A stretch of DNA of 35,958 nt. It comes from Actinomycetes bacterium (lineage in GTDB: Bacteria > Actinomycetota > Acidimicrobiia > Acidimicrobiales > JAMCPL01). The DNA lies in assembly GCA_021846725.1 (NCBI GenBank), contig JAJZWK010000003.1, forward strand, positions 1-35,958, written 5' to 3'. The notes under the pieces were generated by a model. It ran no database searches, was not told the DNA's origin, and was given only the letters and a program-made list of their open reading frames with translations. Shown one piece after another: positions 20,288 to 29,059 of this stretch (positions within the stretch are counted from its first letter, which is position 1; each line of letters opens with the position of its first letter). Made by a program: the position numbers and the translations under genes.

Positions 20288-21730
20288 TTACCCTCCTGCT
20301 CCAATAACATCAATACAGCTGCGAACGATCTCGGCATCATCAAAGTGCGATACCTCTCCCCTGGACTCCATGGTGGTTTCGTGTCCCTTACCGGCAATCA
20401 CAGCTACATCACCTGTATCAAGGGATCTGATGGCATACTCTATCGCCTCGCGCCTATCTATGTATATATCCACCCTGCCGCGATCTCCTACATGTATTCC
20501 ACCCATGATTTCACGTATAATATCTTCAGGCTCTTCATATCGTGAGTTGTCTGACGTCAAGACAACTCTGTCCGCCAGCAAAGATGCCACCTGTCCCATA
20601 CGCGGCCTCTTCAGCCGATCTCTGTTACCTCCACACCCAAATACGCACACGACCTTACCACCCGATACAGGCACTATCCGGCGAGCTGATTTCAACAGCT
20701 CTTCCAAAGCTTCAGGGGTATGAGCAAAATCTACTACCACAAAACGACGATTGGACATCTCATAGACATTAAACCTCCCCGGTAGCGGCAGCATATTTGC
20801 CAGACCCTTTGATATCGTATCATATGATATCCCAAGAGCGGATGCAACACGGACCGCCGCGGCTGCATTACGTATATTGTGCATTCCGACCATGGGAATA
20901 CGAATACTCATATCGTCAAGGATGAACGAACTGCCCGATGTCTCTACTGAGACGTCATATATATCACTGTCGTCGAAAGTCAAAACATCCATACCTGACA
21001 CCCTTTTGGCAAGCAGCCTGCCCCACTCGTCTCCGGTGTATATCACTGCAGTATTCACCCGGTCTGGAGTAAAAAGTGCAGCCTTCGCTTCAAAATAATC
21101 TTTCATGGTCGCATGAAAATCAAGATGTTCTGGGGAAAGATTAGTAAATACAGCTACGTCGAAATGGATAGCATCTATCCTATGCTGGACAATGCCATGA
21201 GAGGAGACCTCCATGGACACCGCTTTCACCCCAGATTCAACAGCATCTGCAAGCATCCTTTGTAAATCGGGTGATTCAGGGGTAGTCCTGGCACCTCCCA
21301 ATGTGCCTATTGTCCGCGTAGGAATACCACCAGTTTCCAGAATTGATGCGATCATGTGAGTAACCGTGGTCTTTCCGTTTGTACCCGTAACTCCTACCAT
21401 GACCAACGACCGTGACGGATGACGATAAAAGTTGGCAGATAGAACTGCCATGGCAGCCCTAGCGTTACCTTCTTCGACAACCACCTGAGATACTGGCAAC
21501 GACAACCGTCGTTCCACTAATAATGCATGTGCTCCGCTACTGGTAGCCTGCAAAGCAAAGTCGTGGCCATCTGTATACTGCCCGGAGAGACAACAAAAGA
21601 GAGAACCCTCTTTTACATTACGTGAGTCGTACTCAATAGAAGAGATAGTAATGTCCCGGATAGAAGTTCCGTCAGGGTAGCAGGCTACATCTACTACATT
21701 CAATCCATCTATCAAATCAGCCAGTATCAC
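20288..21730 (-). CDS. murE: UDP-MurNAc-dipeptide--diamino acid ligase (probably meso-DAP)
   Basis: VTGTNGKTT, TTPE, MEVSSH, HLDFH, VDFAHTP, FGCGGNRD, SDNSR, IAGKGHE. Confidence 0.97.
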   Translation of the reverse strand: MILADLIDGLNVVDVACYPDGTSIRDITISSIEYDSRNVKEGSLFCCLSGQYTDGHDFALQATSSGAHALLVERRLSLPVSQVVVEEGNARAAMAVLSANFYRHPSRSLVMVGVTGTNGKTTVTHMIASILETGGIPTRTIGTLGGARTTPESPDLQRMLADAVESGVKAVSMEVSSHGIVQHRIDAIHFDVAVFTNLSPEHLDFHATMKDYFEAKAALFTPDRVNTAVIYTGDEWGRLLAKRVSGMDVLTFDDSDIYDVSVETSGSSFILDDMSIRIPMVGMHNIRNAAAAVRVASALGISYDTISKGLANMLPLPGRFNVYEMSNRRFVVVDFAHTPEALEELLKSARRIVPVSGGKVVCVFGCGGNRDRLKRPRMGQVASLLADRVVLTSDNSRYEEPEDIIREIMGGIHVGDRGRVDIYIDRREAIEYAIRSLDTGDVAVIAGKGHETTMESRGEVSHFDDAEIVRSCIDVIGAGG

Positions 21731-21732
21731 GG

Positions 21733-23565
21733 TTATCCCAGCCTTGTACCCCTGCCATCCACTGCAGCACTGACCTGGGATCTAAGCGAACCGAATGGAT
21801 TGAAATAGCCGTACGGATTGGGGCCGCCAACTGACGGAAAGTTTATAGGACGATACTTACCTCCGGTGATAGAACCTCCCGGAGTTTCTGGAATGTTAAA
21901 ACGGTTAACCGCATATTGCATAATTTGACTGAATACTGGCGCAGCTGCAGAGCCACCAAAATACTGGTCAGGCTGATCAATCACGACACAAGCCGATAAC
22001 ACCGGGTCCTGAGAAGGTAGGAATCCGCAAAAAGTTCCCCAATACGCTCCAGGAACGTATCCTCCACCATTTGGGCTAGTCACCTTAGATGTTCCCGTCT
22101 TACCAGATACATCATACCCGGGCACGCCAGCTTTTACTCCAGTACCATACATAACTACTCTTTCGAGCATACTAGACAATTCGCTGGATACGCTTTTGCT
22201 GAATACACGATGTGTAGCAGATGCCGGCATCTTAATCAATTTGCCGGTCGGCGATATCTCAGCTCTTATCAATCTTGGGGCTACGAACACACCACCGTTG
22301 GCCACCGTATTCATAGCATCCAACAATTGCATCGGGGTCACACCCGTATCCTCTCCAATCGGAGTAGAACCCATAGCTGACGCAGACCACTGTGACACCG
22401 GATTGACTATTCCCGGAGATGCACCCGGAAAATTGAGTCCCGTAGGATGCCCAAATCCCATAGCGGAAATCTGTTGAGAAAGCCGAATTGCACCTAATCT
22501 CTTGGTAAGTAATATCGTACCCAAATTAGATGAGTATGCAATTACTTGCGTAGCACTGTAGTGTATGACACCGTGTGACCACGCGTCGTGAAATGTCCAC
22601 CCCCCCATATCGAGGTATGGAGGAATGGTTACCATAGTATTCGGCGTTATAATACCGTCCTGCAGTAACGCAGAAAAACTCACTATCTTGAATACCGATC
22701 CCGGCTCGTATACCAAGTCAGTAGCGGTATTAGTAGGTGCTTCGGTAACGGTACGAGTCTTGGGATTCGAGTCCAGACTTGCCATGGCAAGTATACCACC
22801 AGTATGCACATTCATTACTATGGCTGCTCCACCGGTGGCTCGCTGCTTCTGCAATTCAGATGCCAGCGCCTCTTCGGTTGCATACTGAAGAGGCTCGTCT
22901 ATAGTCAATTCCAGCCCGGTGCCGTTTACAGCCGGCTTTATGATACGACTCCCTCCGGGCAAGGGAATCCCATCAGGGGTATAGGACTCACTCTTCCACC
23001 CCGAATGCCCAGAAAGTAACTTATTATACTGATATTCCAGACCTGCGGCACCAATGCCCTGCCAATTCACAGTTCCTATAACTGGTTGTGCTAATGATCC
23101 CGCAGGATATATTCTCACGCTCACTGGCTGCGTAGTAATACCAGCCAAGCCTAAATTCATGACACTCGTAGCTGTAGACTGGGCCAAATCGGTAGCGATT
23201 ACGACATAACCGCTCTTCTCACTCATCAGCGTAGTAAGCTTGCTCGCTTTTTCCCCCAGCAAAGATGCCAACCTGGCCGCATCTTTTGCCGGGTGATGTA
23301 TGAGAAATGGATCAGCTATAATGTCCTCCCGCTGTATGGATTCAGCAAGCAATCTACCGTCACGCGCATAGATAGGGCCTCGAATCGCTGGCACATAGAC
23401 TCTCTGAGCCAATTCATTTCTGCCATACGCAGCATATACAGGAGCATGAATGACCTGGACATAAGCCAGCCTAATCAGTAGCGCCAGAAACGCCAGGATA
23501 ATACCCACTGCAATAAAACTGACCCTTCCCTTCGGTAATGGGCTCTTACGTAAACTCTTACGCAT
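21733..23565 (-). CDS. ftsI: Class B penicillin-binding protein (FtsI/PBP3-like)
   Basis: N-terminal TM helix, RGPIYARDG, GLEYQYN; transpeptidase motifs EPGSVFK (SxxK), SSN (SxN), KTGT. Confidence 0.94.
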   Translation of the reverse strand: MRKSLRKSPLPKGRVSFIAVGIILAFLALLIRLAYVQVIHAPVYAAYGRNELAQRVYVPAIRGPIYARDGRLLAESIQREDIIADPFLIHHPAKDAARLASLLGEKASKLTTLMSEKSGYVVIATDLAQSTATSVMNLGLAGITTQPVSVRIYPAGSLAQPVIGTVNWQGIGAAGLEYQYNKLLSGHSGWKSESYTPDGIPLPGGSRIIKPAVNGTGLELTIDEPLQYATEEALASELQKQRATGGAAIVMNVHTGGILAMASLDSNPKTRTVTEAPTNTATDLVYEPGSVFKIVSFSALLQDGIITPNTMVTIPPYLDMGGWTFHDAWSHGVIHYSATQVIAYSSNLGTILLTKRLGAIRLSQQISAMGFGHPTGLNFPGASPGIVNPVSQWSASAMGSTPIGEDTGVTPMQLLDAMNTVANGGVFVAPRLIRAEISPTGKLIKMPASATHRVFSKSVSSELSSMLERVVMYGTGVKAGVPGYDVSGKTGTSKVTSPNGGGYVPGAYWGTFCGFLPSQDPVLSACVVIDQPDQYFGGSAAAPVFSQIMQYAVNRFNIPETPGGSITGGKYRPINFPSVGGPNPYGYFNPFGSLRSQVSAAVDGRGTRLG

Positions 23566-23568
23566 TCT

Positions 23569-24099
23569 CTACCCTCCTGTTCCTGTGGATACCTTCTGAA
23601 TGCGCCCATCCGATGCTGCCGCCAAGAACTGATTACTGCTTGGTTTGGAATTCTTGGGCGGCTTACCAGTATATCTGTGTGATGGATTACCGCCGGGGAT
23701 CTGTGCTCCATGCGAAGCAGCCACAGCCTGCGAATGACTGCCTGAACCAGAAAGTTTGCTTGAGCTAGAAAGTGCAGATGACAATAGATTGCCGGGTTGA
23801 CTTAGTAATCCTACCTGAGTGGACAGGTCGTTGTGTAATGCCTCCTGAGATTGTAGGCTATCCTGCAACTGACCTACAGATACCTGCCTGGAGGTGAGTA
23901 GCGCCTCACCAGCCAGCACCAGTAGTACACTCCCTACAACGAATAAGATACCGCATGCAATTAGTGCCCAACCCGGCAACAGTGCCTTATTGTGCTTGAC
24001 CACCTGCTTGCTTGCTCCCCTGTGCTTGACCACCTTCTTGACCACCTGCTTGCTTGCTCCCCTGTGCTTGACCACCTTCTTGCTTGCCATTTCTATCAC
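23569..24099 (-). CDS. ftsL: FtsL-like bitopic cell division protein
   Basis: Position between rsmH and ftsI; basic N-terminus, single TM helix, short coiled coil. Called mainly by synteny and topology. Confidence 0.65.
   Translation of the reverse strand: MIEMASKKVVKHRGASKQVVKKVVKHRGASKQVVKHNKALLPGWALIACGILFVVGSVLLVLAGEALLTSRQVSVGQLQDSLQSQEALHNDLSTQVGLLSQPGNLLSSALSSSSKLSGSGSHSQAVAASHGAQIPGGNPSHRYTGKPPKNSKPSSNQFLAAASDGRIQKVSTGTGG
23995..24082. repeat. Exact 42-bp in-frame tandem repeat in the ftsL-like gene (KVVKHRGASKQVVK x2)
   Basis: Copies at 23995-24036 and 24037-24078, built from smaller CTTGACCACC and CTTG units. Confidence 0.93.
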
Positions 24100-25040
24100 T
24101 TCCCTTTCTGAACCACTCGCTCAAATGCACGGAGTCTCGCACTCTTTGCTCGCGAATTCATATCTATCTCTTCACGAGTAGGTTTGCGTGCCCCTCTGAA
24201 AATCATCCTTCCCAATGAGACTGCCCCACATTGGCAGGGTAACCGAGGAGGACACTGGCAACCTCCCGTCTCTGCATATCTCATGAATGCCTTTATCATG
24301 CCGTCCTCTCCAGAATGGTAAGATATCGTAACTAGATATCCCTTATCAGACAGCAAGCGCATAGATGCATCAAGCACCGCAGCAAGCTCTGCCTGCTCAT
24401 CATTTACATATACGCGCATAGCCTGAAAAAAACGTTTGGCTGGGTGACCCTTGCGCTTACGAGCGATAGCAGGCAATGCCTTGTCTACGACATCTACTAA
24501 TTGTGCTGTACTGTGCAATGGTCTTGATGCAACAATTGCTCTGGCCACCCTCTGTGCATTCTGATATTCTCCATTTGAGCGAAATAGCTCTACCAATTCA
24601 TTCTCGGTAGCCTCATTGGCTAGATCTGATGCAGTGATACCCTGAGTGGCATCCATACGCATATCAAGTGGCCCCTCCATCATGTAGGAAAACCCCCTGC
24701 TGGGTGTATCTATCTGTAATGAATTGAGTCCCAAATCCAACAGTATCCCGGCAACTTGTGAAGTTCCTATACCTATCTCACCCAACAATCTCTCGATCTG
24801 GGAGAATCGACCCTGAATCAACTTGATCCTGTCACCAAACCTTTCAAGCCGTGCTTTGCAGAGTTCTAGAACACTACTATCTCGGTCTATACCGATTATC
24901 TGTCTTGAATCGTTAGCCAGTAAAAGTGCCTCCGTATGACCACCTGTACCTATGGTTGCATCTACTATGCAACCGTCAGGGCACTGTGAAAACAATGTGA
25001 CCACCATATCTACCATTACTGGCAAGTGGTACGATGTCAT
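24096..25040 (-). CDS. rsmH: 16S rRNA m4C1402 methyltransferase
   Basis: HLPVM, VDATIGTGGH, DLGLNSLQID, RGFSY, PLDMRMD, FQAMRVYVN, ISYHSGED, RAKSARLR. Start re-assigned to ATG 25040 (overlaps the mraZ TGA). Confidence 0.97.
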   Translation of the reverse strand: MTSYHLPVMVDMVVTLFSQCPDGCIVDATIGTGGHTEALLLANDSRQIIGIDRDSSVLELCKARLERFGDRIKLIQGRFSQIERLLGEIGIGTSQVAGILLDLGLNSLQIDTPSRGFSYMMEGPLDMRMDATQGITASDLANEATENELVELFRSNGEYQNAQRVARAIVASRPLHSTAQLVDVVDKALPAIARKRKGHPAKRFFQAMRVYVNDEQAELAAVLDASMRLLSDKGYLVTISYHSGEDGMIKAFMRYAETGGCQCPPRLPCQCGAVSLGRMIFRGARKPTREEIDMNSRAKSARLRAFERVVQKGK

Positions 25041-25459
25041 ATATCCTGCTCCCCCAGAATGAGCATCCTCTCCTGCGGCTCTTCCAACTCTCTCCAGCGC
25101 AATGGGTTCCATATCTCTATATGATCTATTACGCCCGAGATAACCACCTCTGAGGTAATGTCGGCAAACTCTCTGAGATGAGGTGGAATAGTGATTCTGT
25201 CCTGACCATCTTTTTCCGCTTGATATGTTCCGGCCGACCATACCCGTACCAGATTGCGCCACTTAGCAGAGGTGGACGCTTTCTCCTGCATCTCACGCAT
25301 CCTGATACCAAATTCCACCGGTGTCCAGAGTGCCAGACAGCCGCCCAGATAAGAGGAGACAAAAGCGCCACCTTCAAAGGCATCGGAGAATCGAGAAGGC
25401 AGCGTCAACCTTCCCTTGCTGTCGAGTTTATGATCATAGCGACCGAAAAACCCTTCCAT
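25037..25459 (-). CDS. mraZ: Transcriptional regulator MraZ
   Basis: FFGRYDHKLDSKGRLTLP, DGQDRITIPPHLR, HIEIWN. Confidence 0.96.
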   Translation of the reverse strand: MEGFFGRYDHKLDSKGRLTLPSRFSDAFEGGAFVSSYLGGCLALWTPVEFGIRMREMQEKASTSAKWRNLVRVWSAGTYQAEKDGQDRITIPPHLREFADITSEVVISGVIDHIEIWNPLRWRELEEPQERMLILGEQDI

Positions 25460-25539
25460 CTACTTTACCTCTCCAACCTTCTTGCTTCTCTTTCTAATAC
25501 CATTCTCCCACTCAGGAGATACATTACCTCCCTGATGTA

Positions 25540-25573
25540 CCATTTTGATCCACTTTACACCACTTTATACCCC
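25540..25573 (-). promoter_or_regulatory. Putative MraZ operator: GTGG-like boxes at exact 10-bp period
   Basis: The minus strand reads GGGG-TATAAA-GTGG-TGTAAA-GTGG-ATCAAA-ATGG about 80-115 bp upstream of mraZ, matching the known GTGG-N6 MraZ repeat architecture. Confidence 0.8.
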
Positions 25574-25805
25574 AATGGTGGATATCACCGATTATTTTTC
25601 TGAAGCTACGCGCAACAATGACCTACCCTGAAATTGATACTTAGTAGTACAACCAGAAGATGAACGCGATAGCAGCCAATGCAATATACAGAAGCCTACG
25701 ACTTGATAAACGCGAAGATACGTCCAATATGCACGCTGTGTGATGAATTTTCCCGCCCTTACAGACTAAGATTTCGCTCCCTACCCACTCATATATATAA
25801 GTGAG

Positions 25806-26624
25806 TCAGACCGGCAAATTTGTGATCAACCCATCCACGATTGCCCGTACAGCTGATCTGCCAGAACTGCCAGAGTTGTCAGAGCCGCTCAATTCACCGA
25901 CAGAGCACTCAGGCCAAGCAAGGTAGTCAAGCGAAGCTACGTGTTCCACAAGCCATGCCTGCAATTCTATCGTGCTTAGAGGCTCAGTCTCTCTGGCCAA
26001 CTCGATATACGGTGCCAGACAGGGTATCCACTCACCAGGTTCCCACCGTAGCGGTAGCATCGTCTGGAACCATACACCATTCCTGGTCCTACGCTGAGAA
26101 ATACCTACCACCTTACGCGTCCCACAAAAAACCTCACCAGGACCAGTAGAGGCAAAACATACCAATGATCCCCACTCTCCAGGCATCAGACGCCCTTCGT
26201 GCATTCTTATGTCTTGCAACCCGAAGCTCTTCAAGGTTTTTACCCATATACTTCCCACCCAAAAAGATGACCTCAATATATCATGATCAAATAGAACATC
26301 ACTCTTGGGCAACCAGAAGTCTACCCATAGTTGCTCGGCAGGAGCTATATACACCGCACCACCACCCGTAGAGCGGCTAACCACGTCAATCCCCCTGTCC
26401 TCACAATCAAAGAAATCATGCCAACTGCTACCGTTGGATTCAATATGCCTAGATATTTTCAAACTTTGACTACTTCCAAATACTATCGCTGCATGGGATA
26501 CATCACTGAATGACACTACCCTCTCATGTATCAATTCCAGTGGAGGCCACCGCTCATGGAGTTGGGCAGCAGTACCCGACCTTGTCTCTATTCTCCATAT
26601 CGAATCATCTCTAGTAGTCATCAA
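25806..26624 (-). CDS. Lipoate-protein ligase A family (BPL/LplA/LipB fold) protein
   Basis: FGSSQ, RSTGGGAVY, CFASTGPGEV, RKVVGISQRR. Confidence 0.85.
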   Translation of the reverse strand: MMTTRDDSIWRIETRSGTAAQLHERWPPLELIHERVVSFSDVSHAAIVFGSSQSLKISRHIESNGSSWHDFFDCEDRGIDVVSRSTGGGAVYIAPAEQLWVDFWLPKSDVLFDHDILRSSFWVGSIWVKTLKSFGLQDIRMHEGRLMPGEWGSLVCFASTGPGEVFCGTRKVVGISQRRTRNGVWFQTMLPLRWEPGEWIPCLAPYIELARETEPLSTIELQAWLVEHVASLDYLAWPECSVGELSGSDNSGSSGRSAVRAIVDGLITNLPV

Positions 26625-26805
26625 TGCTTGCTATCAATATTGTCTAATAGGACGAATACTAATTCGATGTATTTAGTAGTCTGCCCTGTAAATAGTGTGA
26701 CATTATCCGGCAAATCAGGAACATCATCTGACTGGTGGAAAACCACGGTTATCTGTAGGAAAAACTACTAGTGATGTCTGATGTTAGCAAGAAGGAGCAT
26801 AACAG

Positions 26806-27342
26806 CTAAGCGCTCAACGACTCCTCATCCAAATACTGCATCCACTCTTCAGGAGTATTACCACTGACAGCGATAAGCCACACCTTTCTCTTTGGAACAG
26901 TCGGCATTTTCGCGAGTACGAACCCCACCTCATGGGGCAATCTATCTGTCTTACGCATATTACAGTGCTTGCATGCAGCAACCACATTATCCCACGAATG
27001 ACGACCCCCCTTGCTACGAGGAACAACGTGATCTATGCTTTCTGCTGGTTTACCGCAGTACTGACATCTACCATGATCTCGCGCAAAGAGCGTACGCCGG
27101 TTCAATGCTACTCCCCTATCATGGGGTACACGCACATAATGTGACAGCCTGACTATAGATGGCTCCGGAAAAGTAAAACTTTCCGACCGATAAAATCTAC
27201 TCGTCGGATGGATAAGTTCAGCCTTGGTCGCTATCACAAGGAGTAGAGCCCGTCGAGACGACACCACCGCTATCGGCTCATAGGTGGCATTCAATACTAA
27301 TGCACGTCTACCATTACTGGCACCCACACCGTCATATCCCAT
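26806..27342 (-). CDS. HNH endonuclease (stand-alone McrA-like family)
   Basis: LVLNATYEP, PSIVRL, RDHGRCQYCG, IDHVVPRSKGG, WDNVVAACKHCN. Start re-assigned to ATG 27342. Confidence 0.93.
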   Translation of the reverse strand: MGYDGVGASNGRRALVLNATYEPIAVVSSRRALLLVIATKAELIHPTSRFYRSESFTFPEPSIVRLSHYVRVPHDRGVALNRRTLFARDHGRCQYCGKPAESIDHVVPRSKGGRHSWDNVVAACKHCNMRKTDRLPHEVGFVLAKMPTVPKRKVWLIAVSGNTPEEWMQYLDEESLSA

Positions 27343-27403
27343 GATAAATATAATAACACATCCACCTGCTACAATGTAGGCAAATATTGTACATTTTATA
27401 TTT

Positions 27404-27964
27404 TTATCCAGCCAGCCAGGCTGGCGATGACTCAAGTAAATAGTTACTCACAGCCAGACACTTATCAAGCACGTCACAGAGCGTCTCCTCTCCTGAAAGG
27501 ATCTTGGAGAGAGACACGGGATGACTGGCCACTATGGTGAGTCTACGTTCAGCGCCATCGGTAGCAGAGGCATAAGAATCAATAGCCGACACCTCCAACG
27601 GTAACTCTATACCTCCTATACCCGCTAAGTCAATAGCCAGACGCAACAGGTCAGGACCATTTGGTAGCGGGGGTAATGACCAGTTGAACGAGAGGGGAAA
27701 TTCAAAGCCACTGGGTGGATCAGCATCATCAGGCAAATCCATCACAGCATCTTCAAATGCCAATAATACCCTAGGGTCTACCTCTAACGACAAGTGAAGA
27801 TCAATAGGTCCGCCACACCCGGCTTCAGGATGCAAATCCACCTCCCAGGTCTGTTGTAATGAGTAAGTCTCCACAAAGTGACGCTCATCATGTATATGAA
27901 ACCCATGATCAGCGGAATGATCCTTCAATTCAGCCACAAAGCCTGGAACGTCAATTACTGCCAT
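27404..27964 (-). CDS. Acidic hypothetical protein (186 aa)
   Basis: Long ORF with protein-like composition, co-oriented with the HNH gene; no family motif recognised. Confidence 0.8.
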   Translation of the reverse strand: MAVIDVPGFVAELKDHSADHGFHIHDERHFVETYSLQQTWEVDLHPEAGCGGPIDLHLSLEVDPRVLLAFEDAVMDLPDDADPPSGFEFPLSFNWSLPPLPNGPDLLRLAIDLAGIGGIELPLEVSAIDSYASATDGAERRLTIVASHPVSLSKILSGEETLCDVLDKCLAVSNYLLESSPAWLAG

Positions 27965-28270
27965 ATATACAGTCTAACACCTTACCAATCAATTGACCGG
28001 CAATAAACTATAGGAATGGTCGACAAATTACTCAGGAAGAGTCAAGTAGCCCATCTTATAAATTGACGTAACATTGTCCGCCCAACTAAAGGCATCATCT
28101 GGGGCAAAATCAAAGACAAAGGCATAACCAGTCATTACGTTGAGGATGCGCAATAATCTGGCGAAATATTGCGAGGCGAATATGGTCAAGCACGTTACCC
28201 CAAGGGCGATATCTGGCTGGCGAGAATCCAAACCACTAAAATTAACTGATAGGCTAACGGTAACAGCGAG

Positions 28271-29059
28271 ATGACAGATATACCTTACAATGCAAACGAC
28301 GCAGACAGATGGATGCTCGACATATTCGAGGAAGTAGTAAGAGCTATCCTTAAAGCACTGAACTCAGTGACAGAAAGATCGTCTTTAGGGAAGAGACCCG
28401 GCCAATACAGGATCGATCTTGCTGCAGATGCTGCCGCTATCGAAATACTACATAGCAACCGGTTCACCACTCTTTCAGAGGAGAGTGGAATTACATCTCC
28501 TGACAATGCAATAGACGATATAACTATTGTCATAGACCCCATTGATGGATCGACCAACGCTGCTCATGGCATCCCGTGGTATGCCACCAGCATATGTGCA
28601 ATAGGAGCAGATGGGCCGCGTGTTGCACTCGTATCAAACTTGGCCAACGGAGATACCTACCGTGCAATAAATGGTCTTGGAGCATGGAAGAATGGAGAGC
28701 GAATTACCACTTCAAGCTGCCATATATTCACAGAATCGATAGTAGGCTTGTCTGGGTTCCCCGGCAAATACCTTGGGTGGTCACAGTATCGTGCCCTGGG
28801 TGCAGCTGCATTGGATATCTGTCTGGTAGCGGAAGGAGCACTGGATTGTTATGGATCGGTTGGCCTTGCTCATCTCGGAGTATGGGACTATATTGCAGGT
28901 AAATTAATTTGCGAAGAGGCAGGTGGATGCATGCGTGATACGGATGGAAGTAACATAGTAGCCCTGGATCACACAACCAGACACGCTATTATTGCTGCTG
29001 CCAATCGTACGCTACTGGATCAATTCTACGACAGGATAAAGAAGGTAAACCAAGCATGA
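28271..29059 (+). CDS. Inositol monophosphatase family protein (FIG superfamily)
   Basis: LSEE, IDPIDGSTN, RALGAAALD, WDYIAG. Confidence 0.93.
   Translation: MTDIPYNANDADRWMLDIFEEVVRAILKALNSVTERSSLGKRPGQYRIDLAADAAAIEILHSNRFTTLSEESGITSPDNAIDDITIVIDPIDGSTNAAHGIPWYATSICAIGADGPRVALVSNLANGDTYRAINGLGAWKNGERITTSSCHIFTESIVGLSGFPGKYLGWSQYRALGAAALDICLVAEGALDCYGSVGLAHLGVWDYIAGKLICEEAGGCMRDTDGSNIVALDHTTRHAIIAAANRTLLDQFYDRIKKVNQA

Noticed and set aside
24096-25262. Long N-terminal extensions of RsmH, MurD, MraY, FtsW and HNH given in the ORF track
   Set aside because: They overlap upstream genes. Downstream starts coupled to or just after the upstream stop codons fit family lengths better.
26806-27342. 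HNH gene as a homing endonuclease, IscB or defence island
   Set aside because: It matches the common stand-alone chromosomal HNH family. No RuvC motifs, intron, methylase or IS ends are visible.
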